From: an uncultured Candidatus Saccharibacteria bacterium
Lineage (GTDB): Bacteria > Patescibacteriota > Saccharimonadia > Saccharimonadales > CAZICT01
Assembly: GCA_964537935.1 (NCBI GenBank)
Contig: CAZICT010000001.1
Location: forward strand, 134,870-198,869
Direction: 5' to 3'
Length of the DNA: 64,000 nt
This document shows positions 37,670 to 50,203 of the stretch, in pieces (the stretch's first letter is position 1; every line of letters starts with the position of its first letter). The notes under the pieces were generated by a model. It saw only the letters and a program-made list of their open reading frames with translations. It was not told the origin of the DNA and ran no database searches. Position numbers and translations under genes: made by a program.

Positions 37670-38044
37670 ATGGCCAAGGTCCTGATAGTAGAAGATGAGC
37701 CAATGCTGCGAATGACATACAAAATCATTCTAAGTACCGATGGACATGAAATTATTGAAGCAGTTGATGGTAAGGTGGGCCTGGAAAAGCTCAAAGAAAG
37801 TAAGCCGGATGTGGTCCTGCTTGATATAAATATGCCTAATATTGACGGTATTGAATTTTTGCGTAGAGCGCATATCGCTAAAAAATATCCAAACACAACA
37901 GTAATAGTATTTAGTAATCTTGAACAAACAAATCAGTTAAATGAAGCTTATGCCTTAGGTGCAGACAGATACGTGCTGAAGGCTTCGGTGTCGCCCAAAG
38001 AGCTGACTAAATTGGTTCGGGAAGTTTTAGAGTCTAAGCGGTAG
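37670..38044 (+). CDS. Single-domain (CheY-like) response regulator
   Basis: Receiver motifs KVLIVEDE, VVLLDINMPNIDG, SNLEQ, YVLKA. I start at ATG 37670 (AAGGAG RBS) rather than the ORF-track 37475. Confidence 0.85.
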   Translation: MAKVLIVEDEPMLRMTYKIILSTDGHEIIEAVDGKVGLEKLKESKPDVVLLDINMPNIDGIEFLRRAHIAKKYPNTTVIVFSNLEQTNQLNEAYALGADRYVLKASVSPKELTKLVREVLESKR

Positions 38045-38128
38045 CCTATTGTAATTAATATTACTGTCGTAAACAGCCTTAATGCCTATGCTTAAGATAC
38101 CTAGCATAAAGGTAGAAGGGGTAAGCAA

Positions 38129-38275
38129 ATGAAAAGGCTTAAGAAAATTACAAACAGAACACTTGACGTAACAGAAATACAGCAAGTAGACGAAGAACTT
38201 AACAGCCGAATCGACAGTTTTCTAGCTCGCAAGAATGGAGAGATAAAGAAGAAGCACCTCCGAGAAGCCTATTAG
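38129..38275 (+). CDS. Possible 48-aa basic protein (below the ORF-track cutoff)
   Basis: My own translation: MKRLKKITNRTLDVTEIQQVDEELNSRIDSFLARKNGEIKKKHLREAY. An AGAAGGGG RBS is present and a clean terminator follows. Confidence 0.3.
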   Translation: MKRLKKITNRTLDVTEIQQVDEELNSRIDSFLARKNGEIKKKHLREAY

Positions 38276-38301
38276 CCAGCGTCAGATATGACAGCTCATT
38301 T

Positions 38302-38328
38302 AAGACCGCCGTTCAAACGGCGGTCTTT
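38302..38328 (+). terminator. Intrinsic terminator
   Basis: AAGACCGCCGT (38302-38312) pairs with ACGGCGGTCTT (38317-38327), followed by T residues. Confidence 0.6.
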
Positions 38329-38381
38329 GATTCGTACCTTATAATTGCCCCAGCAACCCAACCGCCGTACAATAGAGGTTA

Positions 38382-41300
38382 ATGGGTGAGTTTGGAAAAA
38401 TTTATGGGATATTAAATGCTGAACAAAAAGAGGCGGTCGATACTATTGACGGACCGTTGCTGGTGATTGCCGGCCCCGGAACAGGCAAGACTCAATTATT
38501 AAGCGCACGGGTAGCCAAAATTCTACAATCAACAGATACATTGCCCAATAATATTTTATGCCTTACATTCACTGAGAACGGCGCGCTCAACATGCGCGAA
38601 CGGCTTACTCGGTTTATTGGCCAGGATGCCCACGCCGTTACTATCAGTACATATCATGCGTTTGGCAGCGATTTAGTGCGCAAGTTTCCGCAGTATTTTA
38701 CCGAAACTAGACTGCAAGAACCGGTTGATGAATTAGGCAAGCACCAGATTATTAGCAGTCTAATAGACCAGTTGCCTTATAACAATCCACTTAAACAAAC
38801 CCGCCACCACATCGGAGATGTAGTTACCACCCTAAGCGAAGTCAAACGAGCTCTCTTAACCGGCGATGATATTCGTAATTCGGCCGAAGAAAATCTGGCA
38901 ACCATAAACGCCCTTAACGGCGAGCTTAGAGAATTATCATTACCCGCCACCATGCCGCGCAAATTTGACGCTGCTATTTCGATTTTTCAAAAAATATACA
39001 ACGTTTTAAGCGATAGCATACCTTCAAAGCCGGTATTGTACCGGTTCGGATCATTAGCGGAGGTTGCATACAACGAGTTAAACGACAGTCTTCAAGCAGC
39101 CCAAGAATTAGGTAAAACAACCCCTTTAACTAATTGGAAGAATAAATGGCTGGCCAAAGATGCCGACAATCAGTATGTCTTTGACGGCAAGCTGCAAAAC
39201 CAGCGCTTACGGTCATTGGCAGATGTCTATGATGCTTATGAAGCCGCTCTGGCCGAGAGAGGACTTTACGACTTTGACGACATGATTATTCGCAGTCTTC
39301 AGGCATTAGAGAAATACCCCGAGTTCAAGTTCACACTTCAGGAACAGTACCTTTATATTTTGCTGGATGAATTTCAAGATACCAATGCTGCGCAGCTACG
39401 TATGGTAGAACTTTTGAGTGACAACCCTGTGCACGAAGGCCGGCCAAACGTTATGGCTGTCGGAGACGATGATCAGGCAATCTATGCTTTTCAGGGAGCT
39501 CAGTATTCAAACATGCTGGATTTCTATCACATGTACCGTGACGTAAAGGTGTGCAACCTGGTACAGAACTATCGATCACACACCGATATACTATTGACCG
39601 CCCAAAGTATAGCCGAGCAAATATCGGAACGTCTGCATGAACGTTTTGACGGCACAAGCAAAACGCTGGTTGCCGCAAATACCAAGCTAAAACAATCGTA
39701 TATTGAACGGGTTGAACTGGCCAGTGATATCGCCCAGTACGACTGGATTGCCGAATCGATAGCCAAGCAAATCAAAAGCGGTACACCGGCAAATGAAATT
39801 GCAGTCCTTGCCCCAAAGCACAGATACATAGAACCCCTGGTGGCTTACCTTAATGCCCGTGATATACCAGTACGTTATGAAAAGCGTGAAAATATTCTGG
39901 AAGCGCCAGTTATCAAGCAACTGCTCACTATGGCCGAACTCGTAATAGCGCTTAGGGACGATAATGTAGCAGTGGCAAATTCCTTGTGGCCCGAAGTTCT
40001 TAGTTATGAATTCTGGAAAATTCCCATCAGCCAAATATGGAAAGTTTCCTGGGCAATGCAAAAACAGGAAAGTCCTTTGAGTTGGGCCGAATTACTTTTG
40101 GAAAACACTTATACACAATCAGCAGCACTGCTCATGCTTTCTCTGGCCCCTATGATAGATACGTTTTCGTGCGAAACAATGATGGACTATCTTATCGGCA
40201 CAGAGAGTCTGGCGACTACTGAAGACAGGGAAGCCGTGTTGGTATCACCGCTTAAAGCCTACTACACCAATCCAAAGACTCAAGCTACACAGCCCGATAT
40301 ATTTTATCTAACGTTATCGCATCTAAAGGTACTACGGACACGGCTTAGAAAGCATCAAGCGGCCCAAACCGAAACCTTGTCACTTCGAGATTTGTTAAAT
40401 CTGGTTCGAGCCTATAACGATGCTGGAATGCAGATGCTTAATACCAGCCCTTACAGTCAGAGCGCTGAAGCCGTACAGCTAATGACGGTGTTTAAAGCCA
40501 AAGGCTTGGAATACGAACATGTATATCTGCCATGCTGCCACGACGACGTATGGGGCAGTACATCACGCGGCAATAGCAATAAACTCACTCTGCCCGCCAA
40601 CCTTGCGCCAATTCGCCACGCCGGAGCGACAGATGATGAGCGTCTGCGCATTCTATACGTCGCTCTCACCCGGGCAAAAACCGGACTTCATTTGACAAGC
40701 TTCACTGCCGGTTACGACGGCAAACCGACAAGCCGTTTGAGCTATTTTGACGAACAAGAGCTTGAAGATGGTTGGCGTTGCGGAATTCTTCCGCCTTCGC
40801 TGCAATCAATAATAACCGACACCTCTAACAAGCCAGCTCAAGAACAATTTGAATATGATTGGCGCGTTCGTCATTCGGCAAGTTCCACTTCTTTAAAGAA
40901 CCTGCTAAGGGAAAGGCTGGCATCATACCGTCTAAGTCCGACCCATATTAATGCGTTTATCGATACGATTTATGCCGGGCCTGAAGCTTTCTACTTCAAT
41001 ACGATTTTACGTTTTCCGAAAGCGCCTTCGCTTGATGGGCAATACGGGAATGCAATACACGAAACGCTTGAATGGTGCCAACATAAACTGAATGACACGG
41101 GCAGCTTTCCTGACATCGAGCGAGTGCTGGCCTACTTTACGTCGCGTATTGTGCATAAGCGATTTATGCCCGAACAAGAAAAGCTAGAACTCGACCGAGG
41201 CCATCAAGCGCTTAGAATCTATCTGTCACAGCGTCGTGATAATTTCAAGCAGGGAAGTATCGTCGAACATAATTTTGCGGGTGAAGGAGTAGTGCTCGGT

Positions 41301-41711
41301 GATGTTTTGTTGGGCGGTAAAATCGACCGGCTGGATATAGATAAGAAAAATAAAATAATTACCGTCGTCGATTATAAGACTGGTAAAAGTTATGAGAAGT
41401 GGAAAAAAGACGTTAAGTTACACAAATACAAGCAACAACTCTACTGTTATAAAATTCTTATTGAGCGTTCCAAAACGTTTCGGGGTTACACTGCTAATTC
41501 GGGACGCCTGGAATTTGTCGAGCCTGATATACACGGTAAGGTCCATGCTATCGACCTGTTGTTTGACGAATCAGAGCTTAAGCGTACTGAACAGTTAATC
41601 AAAGCTATTTGGAAACGCATCCAAGCGCTTGATTTTCCGGACATAAGCAGCTATCCGGCAACCCTAAAGGGCATAGAGGATTTCGAAAAATACTTAATTA
41701 ACTCAGCTTAG
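38382..41711 (+). CDS. UvrD/PcrA-family helicase fused to a C-terminal PD-(D/E)XK nuclease (AddA/AddB-like)
   Basis: Helicase motifs AGPGTGKTQ, DEFQDTN, VGDDDQAIYAFQGA, QNYRS, and VALTRAK. The C-terminal nuclease motif is GKIDRLDI...VVDYKTGK. Confidence 0.9.
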   Translation: MGEFGKIYGILNAEQKEAVDTIDGPLLVIAGPGTGKTQLLSARVAKILQSTDTLPNNILCLTFTENGALNMRERLTRFIGQDAHAVTISTYHAFGSDLVRKFPQYFTETRLQEPVDELGKHQIISSLIDQLPYNNPLKQTRHHIGDVVTTLSEVKRALLTGDDIRNSAEENLATINALNGELRELSLPATMPRKFDAAISIFQKIYNVLSDSIPSKPVLYRFGSLAEVAYNELNDSLQAAQELGKTTPLTNWKNKWLAKDADNQYVFDGKLQNQRLRSLADVYDAYEAALAERGLYDFDDMIIRSLQALEKYPEFKFTLQEQYLYILLDEFQDTNAAQLRMVELLSDNPVHEGRPNVMAVGDDDQAIYAFQGAQYSNMLDFYHMYRDVKVCNLVQNYRSHTDILLTAQSIAEQISERLHERFDGTSKTLVAANTKLKQSYIERVELASDIAQYDWIAESIAKQIKSGTPANEIAVLAPKHRYIEPLVAYLNARDIPVRYEKRENILEAPVIKQLLTMAELVIALRDDNVAVANSLWPEVLSYEFWKIPISQIWKVSWAMQKQESPLSWAELLLENTYTQSAALLMLSLAPMIDTFSCETMMDYLIGTESLATTEDREAVLVSPLKAYYTNPKTQATQPDIFYLTLSHLKVLRTRLRKHQAAQTETLSLRDLLNLVRAYNDAGMQMLNTSPYSQSAEAVQLMTVFKAKGLEYEHVYLPCCHDDVWGSTSRGNSNKLTLPANLAPIRHAGATDDERLRILYVALTRAKTGLHLTSFTAGYDGKPTSRLSYFDEQELEDGWRCGILPPSLQSIITDTSNKPAQEQFEYDWRVRHSASSTSLKNLLRERLASYRLSPTHINAFIDTIYAGPEAFYFNTILRFPKAPSLDGQYGNAIHETLEWCQHKLNDTGSFPDIERVLAYFTSRIVHKRFMPEQEKLELDRGHQALRIYLSQRRDNFKQGSIVEHNFAGEGVVLGDVLLGGKIDRLDIDKKNKIITVVDYKTGKSYEKWKKDVKLHKYKQQLYCYKILIERSKTFRGYTANSGRLEFVEPDIHGKVHAIDLLFDESELKRTEQLIKAIWKRIQALDFPDISSYPATLKGIEDFEKYLINSA

Positions 41712-42649
41712 GCTACTACTAACTGCGGTTTTTTACTGATCATATAAACAGGCAAGTCTCCCTTGGTAAGCACTGCAGCGGTACCAAGTGTATAAACCAA
41801 TTCGCTTAGAAAAGCCTTATTTTGGATTTCTTCAGATTCATCAGGATGCAATTTCTCAGCGATTTCTTTGAGCCGCCATACGTCCACGGCAAAAACCTGA
41901 ATCTTGCCTTCGCTTATCTCTCTGATCTTCTCCTGGTCAACGGTATAGCCCTCGACCGTATTGAGAAGGATAAACATCTCTTTATGGTCGTCGTCTAATT
42001 CTTTTATGACCTTGCCACTTTCTATGATTTCATCCATTACTTTTTTGCCGGAATATTCTTGTCCCTCGATTTCACTCGCATACGAAACAAAGTTTCCGAC
42101 TACTTCATCCATACCATCAATATCTACTCCAAGTGCAGCTATGGATTCTTGAATTTTATCAGCATAGATACTAACCGCAGACACAACCGCCGTAGCCTTA
42201 TCGATAGCGCCGCAGCCGCAATTATCACCGTGCGCATGCGTATCAGTGTGTCCACCAAAATCAACTAGATTTCGTTTGAGAGTGGATAATCCACGCTTAA
42301 AAACATCTTGCAGTGAGCTGCCGTTTGCTTTACCTTGACCGATAATATCGGCTGCGGCCATAACTGGCCCGCCGCCGAAAACTTTTGCCCTAAAGAGTGA
42401 TTTGGCTTTTTCGATTCCATTTTGGAAAATCCTGTACACCGGCCGCCCGTCACCGCAACCATCATCACATAATCTATTACCGTCCTTATCGACACTTACT
42501 TCTACTAGAACTTCGTTGGATGTTACCACTTTTTCTACTTTACCAACGATCTCATGTCCTACGATTTCCTTACGATCCTCATAAGAGATAGTTCCGTCGC
42601 CATAACCTAGACCATCTGTTAGTTTTGCAGCTTCTACTTCAAACTCCAT
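41708..42649 (-). CDS. Hypothetical protein with Cys/His metal-site-like motifs
   Basis: I start at MEFEVEAAKL (ATG 42647-42649, AAAGGAAAG RBS), not the ORF-track 42874. Motifs are CDDGCGDGR and GGHTDTHAHGDNCGCGAID. Confidence 0.6.
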   Translation of the reverse strand: MEFEVEAAKLTDGLGYGDGTISYEDRKEIVGHEIVGKVEKVVTSNEVLVEVSVDKDGNRLCDDGCGDGRPVYRIFQNGIEKAKSLFRAKVFGGGPVMAAADIIGQGKANGSSLQDVFKRGLSTLKRNLVDFGGHTDTHAHGDNCGCGAIDKATAVVSAVSIYADKIQESIAALGVDIDGMDEVVGNFVSYASEIEGQEYSGKKVMDEIIESGKVIKELDDDHKEMFILLNTVEGYTVDQEKIREISEGKIQVFAVDVWRLKEIAEKLHPDESEEIQNKAFLSELVYTLGTAAVLTKGDLPVYMISKKPQLVVA

Positions 42650-42799
42650 GGCTTCTTTCCTTTCAAAATACATCGGAATTTCTGACACTATTAAAAATCC
42701 TTCTTTTATTTTAAAAATTTGACTGGAAATCATATTACTCCTGTAAGAGCGTCGATGCAATACCAAAGTATACTGTATACTGAAACAAGGGAGAGTAGT

Positions 42800-43204
42800 A
42801 TGGGCGATGACCTTCAATATGAGAGATGGACAAAGGAGATTCCTCATATTGCGGACGAAGAAATAATTGGTCACATCACGTCCTTAGCTATGATGGATAT
42901 GCTCAAAGACTCTCAATTGCCACAACAAATCTTACAGCAAGCAAAAATTGTTCATAAGTCAGCTATTGACTCCGGTGAATATACTAGAAACGTAAAAGGT
43001 TATTTCTGTCTTAGCTCGAAACAATTAGAATCGATACTAAATCGGACTGCAATACTAGCCGGTATGCAAGCAGTTTATTCTGTAGGAAAACAACTAAGTA
43101 ATATTCGAGAAACAAAAAAGAAGTTAGGTATGTCATATTTACCGATTACACAAGAGCCTAACGACGATGACGGCGGCGCAGGCCGGCAACCTGAAGCCGG
43201 GTAG
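42800..43204 (+). CDS. Hypothetical protein (134 aa)
   Basis: A GGGAGAG RBS precedes ATG 42800. The 3' end overlaps the atpC 3' end by 47 nt in convergent orientation. No motif recognised. Confidence 0.45.
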   Translation: MGDDLQYERWTKEIPHIADEEIIGHITSLAMMDMLKDSQLPQQILQQAKIVHKSAIDSGEYTRNVKGYFCLSSKQLESILNRTAILAGMQAVYSVGKQLSNIRETKKKLGMSYLPITQEPNDDDGGAGRQPEAG

Positions 43205-43582
43205 CATGACGATCAATCAGTGATTGAGCTTTTTCAAGACTGACTTGATCTTTGGCTTCAGCTTTCATTTTCTTAGCAAGCTCGAAAGCTTTTTGAGCCT
43301 CGGCTTCACTTATTTCATCAGCATGATCGGCTTCATCCACCAACACCCGAAGGACGTTGTCGCGCACCTCAAGCACACCACCGGCAGTAGCATAGATTTC
43401 CATGTCATCATCCCGGTCATTCGGTTTACGACGCACGCTGATAACTCCACGCTTAATAACGCTCACCAGTGGCATATGTCCCGGCAGAACGCCAATGGTG
43501 CCGTCAAGCGTCGGTAAAATCACTTCGTAAACTTCTTCACCGAATTTTTCGCCGTCGAGTGTGACCAGCTCAAACCGAATCA

Positions 43583-43583
<1 letters not shown>
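43158..43583 (-). CDS. atpC: F1 ATP synthase subunit epsilon
   Basis: Typical N-terminal beta-sandwich (FELVTLDGEKF...VILPTLDGTIGVLPGHMPLV). It is the last gene of the operon. Confidence 0.9.
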
Positions 43584-45332
<1,749 letters not shown>

Positions 45333-45336
<4 letters not shown>

Positions 45337-46208
45337 TGCTTTATCGCCTCCGCGCCACCGGTTATTTCTGCTAATTCCTGGGTAATTGCAGCTTGGCGGG
45401 CAGTGTTAAATGCCAGCGTCAAGTCATCAATCAGCTCACTTGCATTATCCGTGGCGTTTTTCATGGCCATCATGCGCATAGAATGCTCTGAGGCAATACT
45501 CTCCAGCATAGCTTGCCAGATCTGCACTTCAATCAACCTTAGCGCAACGTTATCAAGCACCGCCCGTACGGACGGCTCAAAGGTTACATCATTAAGGCTG
45601 GTGGTATTGTCTTCTTCTGTTTGCTCAAAAGTAGCCGGTAATAGCGCCAGCTGGCTAGCTTCCTGACGAAGGTTGGAGACAAATTCTGTATAAATCAAAT
45701 TCACAGCATCAACTTTTTTATCAATAAAAAGCTCTGTCACGGTATTTAGAAGCGGCCGAACATCATTCGCGGTCGGATGATCGCCAAAACCAGGGTAAAC
45801 CGCTATCAGTTCAACATCCTGCAAGCGCCTTACAAAGTTCGATCCTTGTTTGCCGATAGCCACAATCTGACTCTTTATACCGGCTTTTTCATCGGCAGCT
45901 ATAGCCTTCGCTAAAAGACGAATGACGTTTGAGTTATACGCACCAGCCAGGCCGCGATTGCTGGTTATAACTACATGGAGTCGATTTTTTACAGGTCGAC
46001 GGGCAAATAAGGGGTGTTCTTCAACTTCTGTAACTTTGCTAAGTCGAGTTAACAGCGAAAAAGCCGCCACCCGATATGCCCGGCTCGACACGGCAAACTC
46101 CTGGGCCTTACGCATTTTGCTGGCAGCAACCAGCTCCATCGCCTTGGTGATCTGGCGAGTATTTTTAACGGAGCCAATGCGCCTTTTTAGCGTAATCGTA
46201 TTAGACAT
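45333..46208 (-). CDS. atpG: F1 ATP synthase subunit gamma
   Basis: N-terminus LKRRIGSVKNTRQITKAMELVAASKMRKAQ and C-terminus ITQELAEITGGAEA. Confidence 0.95.
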
Positions 46209-46213
46209 TGCTG

Positions 46214-47770
46214 CTACTTCTCATTTAGCCTTTCTTCTTCAGTCGAGTGATAACTTTCTGTAATGTTACGGGCTACTTCAACTATCTTCTTCTTGACGTC
46301 TTCATCCGGTTCGGCGCCGGTGTTGATTTTTTCCATTGCTTCGGCGTAATCATGTTTAAGTTCACGCAACAAATTAGCTTCTACGGTCTTGACCCGGTCA
46401 AGCGGTACCTTATCAAAACAACCCTCTTCAGCCGCTAAAAGTATGGCGTACATCTGCCATATGGCATAAGGGCTATATTGATGCTGCTTCAGCAGTTCCG
46501 TAAGCCGCTGACCGCGCTCAATCCGGTGCCTCGTTTCAGCATCAAGATCGGTTGAAAACTGACTGAATGCCGCCAATTCACGGAACTGAGCCAGGTCGAT
46601 TCTAAGCCCCTTGGCTACGCTTTTGACGGCTTTAGTTTGAGCTGAACCGCCGACACGCGAGACAGATAACCCAACCGAGATAGCCGGGCGGATACCTTGA
46701 TAGAACAGGTTGGTTTCCATGAAAATCTGACCGTCAGTAATGGAAATTACGTTAGTCGGAATGTAAGCACTGATGTCTCCGGCCTGCGTTTCAATGATCG
46801 GCAGGGCAGTCAAGCTACCAGCACCAAGTTCGTCGCTTAATTTTGCGGATCGCTCAAGCAGACGGGAATGCAAATAGAAAACATCTCCCGGATAGGCCTC
46901 ACGTCCAGGCGGGCGGCGCAAAAGCAGGCTCATCTGACGATAAGCTGCGGCGTGTTTGGTGAGATCATCGTAAATTATCAGCGCATGCTGTTTGTTGTCG
47001 CGGAAATATTCGCCCATCGCTGTCGCGGCGTACGGAGCCAGATACTGCAAGCTTGCCGGATCGGAAGCTGAAGTAGCAACGACTATCGTTTGCTCCATCA
47101 CACCCTCGCGTTTAAGGCGCTCTACTAGACGGGCAACTTTACTAAGTTTTTGCCCGATAGCAACATAAATATTAATAACACCCGTATTTTGCCGATGCTG
47201 GTTGATCATCGTATCAACGGCAACTGCAGTTTTACCGGTCTGGCGGTCACCGATAATCAGCTCTCGCTGGCCACGACCGATAGGCACCATAGTATCGATT
47301 GCCGTAATACCGGTCATGAGCGGTTCGTGCACGCTTTTTCTATCGAGTACAGCCGGGGCAGACCTTTCCACGCGGCTTGTGAGCATTGTTTTTACGGCTC
47401 CCTTACCGTCAAGTGGCTGACCAAGCGGATTAACGACCCGGCCAATAAGTTCAGGACCCACAGAAACCTCCAGGACCCGCCCGGTAAGTTTAGCCGAGGA
47501 TCCGGCTTTAATTTGGGTGTCGTCGCCCAAAATAACAGCGCCGATTTCATCCTGGCCAAGACTTAGCGCAAAGGCGGTAACGGCAGTCCCATCAACGCTG
47601 GTTATTTCTATCATTTCCGAATAACCGCATTCGGTTAATCCGTAAATCCAGGCCACGCCGTCACCGACTCGGGTTACGATACCGGTGTTTTCTATCTCCG
47701 GGCGTTGTTTCAACTCGGCAATAGCCGCCCGAATTTCATCTGATAATTCTCTAATCGATACTTCACTCAT
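46214..47770 (-). CDS. atpA: F1 ATP synthase subunit alpha
   Basis: Walker [10 protein letters not shown] and strong overall conservation. Confidence 0.97.
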   Translation of the reverse strand: MSEVSIRELSDEIRAAIAELKQRPEIENTGIVTRVGDGVAWIYGLTECGYSEMIEITSVDGTAVTAFALSLGQDEIGAVILGDDTQIKAGSSAKLTGRVLEVSVGPELIGRVVNPLGQPLDGKGAVKTMLTSRVERSAPAVLDRKSVHEPLMTGITAIDTMVPIGRGQRELIIGDRQTGKTAVAVDTMINQHRQNTGVINIYVAIGQKLSKVARLVERLKREGVMEQTIVVATSASDPASLQYLAPYAATAMGEYFRDNKQHALIIYDDLTKHAAAYRQMSLLLRRPPGREAYPGDVFYLHSRLLERSAKLSDELGAGSLTALPIIETQAGDISAYIPTNVISITDGQIFMETNLFYQGIRPAISVGLSVSRVGGSAQTKAVKSVAKGLRIDLAQFRELAAFSQFSTDLDAETRHRIERGQRLTELLKQHQYSPYAIWQMYAILLAAEEGCFDKVPLDRVKTVEANLLRELKHDYAEAMEKINTGAEPDEDVKKKIVEVARNITESYHSTEEERLNEK

Positions 47771-47775
47771 AAGAG

Positions 47776-48180
47776 CTATTCCTTTCCTGCCATAGTCAAC
47801 CGTTTGAATGTACTAAGCTTGCGCTGAAGGCTTAAGTCAAGCTGTTGATGGGCTAGTACTATCTTGATACCACCAACAATATGCTCATCAATCCTGGTAT
47901 TTACTATATACGTTTTAGCGTTCGGATATTCCTGTTTGAGCAATTGTTTGACGTCGTTAATAAACTCCTGACCGACATCATGAGCAGTCACAATCGTAGC
48001 TTCAACTATACCGTTGTCCAATCGATACTGCATGATGTCGCGCATTAGCGGTTCAAGTTCATCGGTTCGGTTTTCGCTCAGCAAATACGCCGCGACTTCT
48101 TTGGCGAGCAGGCTTGAATCACGCAGGTGTAAGGTGCGTTTTGCTAATGCCTGAGCAAGTTCATGGCGCGGAAGCTTCAC
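47776..48180 (-). CDS. atpH: F1 ATP synthase subunit delta (short form, 134 aa)
   Basis: Its position between atpF and atpA, plus an OSCP-like C-terminus ([22 protein letters not shown]). Confidence 0.75.
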   Translation of the reverse strand: MKLPRHELAQALAKRTLHLRDSSLLAKEVAAYLLSENRTDELEPLMRDIMQYRLDNGIVEATIVTAHDVGQEFINDVKQLLKQEYPNAKTYIVNTRIDEHIVGGIKIVLAHQQLDLSLQRKLSTFKRLTMAGKE

Positions 48181-48711
48181 TTATTTATTACGACCCTTCA
48201 TAGCTTTTTTTATAATCTCTGAGTCTTTTTTGGAATCGACCTTCTCTCCAACGACTGCTTCAGTAGCCTCAGACACAAGTCCGGCTAATTCATTTTCAAG
48301 ACTGCGTCGTGCACGCTCTTGTTCTTCCTTGATCCGGGCTTCGGCATCGGTGTGCATAGCATCGATCTTGCGTTGCGCGGATTTTTCGGCGTTACGCACT
48401 ACCTCACGAGCCTCTTTGTGAGCATTAGCGATTATACGGTCAGCCTCATGCCGAGCGTCACGCTTAATAGTCGCCGCTTCTTTAGCGACTTTATCGCGTT
48501 CGCGTTCCAGTTTCAGCCCCAGCTTTACGCCGTCATCTATTGTCTTGCGTCGTTTTTCGAGCAGGGCAACAATCGGTTTGACGGCATAACGCTTCAGGAT
48601 GGCGAACACCAAAATGAAGGTGATGAGCTGGACTATCAGGGAAGTGAGATTAAATCCCAAAATACCTGAGCTTTCAGCGCCTTCCGTCGCTGCAAATAAC
48701 ATATACGTCAT
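48181..48711 (-). CDS. atpF: Fo ATP synthase subunit b
   Basis: One N-terminal TM span followed by a long charged helix, in the expected operon position. Confidence 0.85.
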   Translation of the reverse strand: MTYMLFAATEGAESSGILGFNLTSLIVQLITFILVFAILKRYAVKPIVALLEKRRKTIDDGVKLGLKLERERDKVAKEAATIKRDARHEADRIIANAHKEAREVVRNAEKSAQRKIDAMHTDAEARIKEEQERARRSLENELAGLVSEATEAVVGEKVDSKKDSEIIKKAMKGRNK

Positions 48712-48727
48712 TCGTTACCTCTTAAAA

Positions 48728-48955
48728 TTAAATAATGAATAGTGATGCAAAGACCAGTAGCGCCATCAACTCAACGATAGCGATAATAACCAGAATCTGT
48801 CCAAGGTATTTGCTGGCTTCCGGGTTGCGTCCGACGGCATTCATGAAGGCGCTTCCGATAAGTCCCACGCCGATTGCCGGCCCAAGCATACCGAAGGCCA
48901 TCATGATACCTTTAGCGAGCACTTCCATATCAACTGCTTGCGCTAAGTACAACAT
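48728..48955 (-). CDS. atpE: Fo ATP synthase subunit c
   Basis: 75-aa two-helix hairpin with a GxGxGxG-type helix 1 (AIGVGLIGSA), an RNPE loop, and the carboxylate in helix 2 (IAIVELMAL). Confidence 0.9.
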   Translation of the reverse strand: MLYLAQAVDMEVLAKGIMMAFGMLGPAIGVGLIGSAFMNAVGRNPEASKYLGQILVIIAIVELMALLVFASLFII

Positions 48956-48993
48956 AGTTATTACTTCTCCTTTATATAATTATTAAAAACCAT

Positions 48994-49842
48994 TTATCCG
49001 CGCGATTCCTTGATTTTTGTAATATCAGGGACGGATTCTTGGGATTCTTCAGCCTCATGTTCGGCTCCGTGCTTCACGGCTACTGCCAGATACATGACAC
49101 TCAACATCACGAAGATGTACGCTTGCAAGGCACCAACCAACAACTCAAGAATTACGAACGGTAGAGCAACGATTGGTGCGGCGCCACTCCCTAGATATGT
49201 AAACACAGCTATAATAACTTCTCCGATGGTAACATTCAAAAACAATCGGAGCGCCAGACTGGCAACTCTGGTTAGTTCACTGAACATTTCAAAAATACCC
49301 AAGAACAGCGTCACCGGATTCTTCATACTGCCGTTAAAGTAATGCTTTAGATGATTGAAAAATCCGGACTCTTTAATTGCAAAGTACTGAACAAAGAACA
49401 TGATGACAATCGCCGCCGCCAGCGTACCGTTGATATCAGCCGTAAAAGGCCGGAATACAGGGTTATGATTATAGGTCAGCGTTTCACCAACTCCGGGAAT
49501 AAGCCCGAGCCAGTTGGACAACAGTATGTAGATAAAAATTGTCGCGAAATAGGGTGAATATTTCAGGGCTTTCTTGCGGCTGCCAAGACTTGATTGAATG
49601 AGATTGGTAATAAAATCAGTAAAGATTTCTAGGTACTGAATCAAACCTCCGCGCGGCCGTAAAGTTGCCCGGCGGGCAAGTGTGACTAGCAGAATAATAA
49701 TCAAAGCTGAGCTGAGCCATCCGTAAAACATGGAATTGGTGACAGAAATATCGCCAATTTGAAACAGCTCACCCGGAGTTATATGTACTGCCGGACCTGA
49801 TTCGGCGTTTTCGGCCGCAAATCGAGTTAAAAACTTTAACAC
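48994..49842 (-). CDS. atpB: Fo ATP synthase subunit a
   Basis: Polytopic, with the conserved Arg helix (SLALRLFLNVTIGE). Confidence 0.9.
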   Translation of the reverse strand: MLKFLTRFAAENAESGPAVHITPGELFQIGDISVTNSMFYGWLSSALIIILLVTLARRATLRPRGGLIQYLEIFTDFITNLIQSSLGSRKKALKYSPYFATIFIYILLSNWLGLIPGVGETLTYNHNPVFRPFTADINGTLAAAIVIMFFVQYFAIKESGFFNHLKHYFNGSMKNPVTLFLGIFEMFSELTRVASLALRLFLNVTIGEVIIAVFTYLGSGAAPIVALPFVILELLVGALQAYIFVMLSVMYLAVAVKHGAEHEAEESQESVPDITKIKESRG

Positions 49843-49843
49843 T

Positions 49844-50149
49844 CTATGACTTCTCCTTATTTTCTTCTTCGGCTTGCAGTTGGTTAACTTCCTTGACGGA
49901 GCTCCATACCACTGCGCATCCGCCAGCTACTGCCAGAACTATGCCTGCAAGTGTGTATGATGGCGATGTATCAAAATGCTGGTCAATCTTAATTCCACCA
50001 ACTAAGGGGATAAGGACGGTTAAGGCTAAACGCCAGCTCAGGTTGATAGTGGCACCGATGAACATCCGCTTGGCATTAATAACGTTGAGATAATCATCAA
50101 CGCTCTTATCATCTTTTTGCGCCTTCTTCTTGGTGCCAACTTTCCCCAT
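49844..50149 (-). CDS. Small membrane protein at the head of the atp operon (AtpZ/AtpI-like)
   Basis: Two hydrophobic spans, immediately upstream of atpB. The likely start is MGKVGTKKK. The ORF track extends to 50179. Confidence 0.5.
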   Translation of the reverse strand: MGKVGTKKKAQKDDKSVDDYLNVINAKRMFIGATINLSWRLALTVLIPLVGGIKIDQHFDTSPSYTLAGIVLAVAGGCAVVWSSVKEVNQLQAEEENKEKS

Positions 50150-50203
50150 AACAGGCCAAAGTATAACAGTGGTACGCAAAGGGACGCAAATTGAAATTAT
50201 ACA

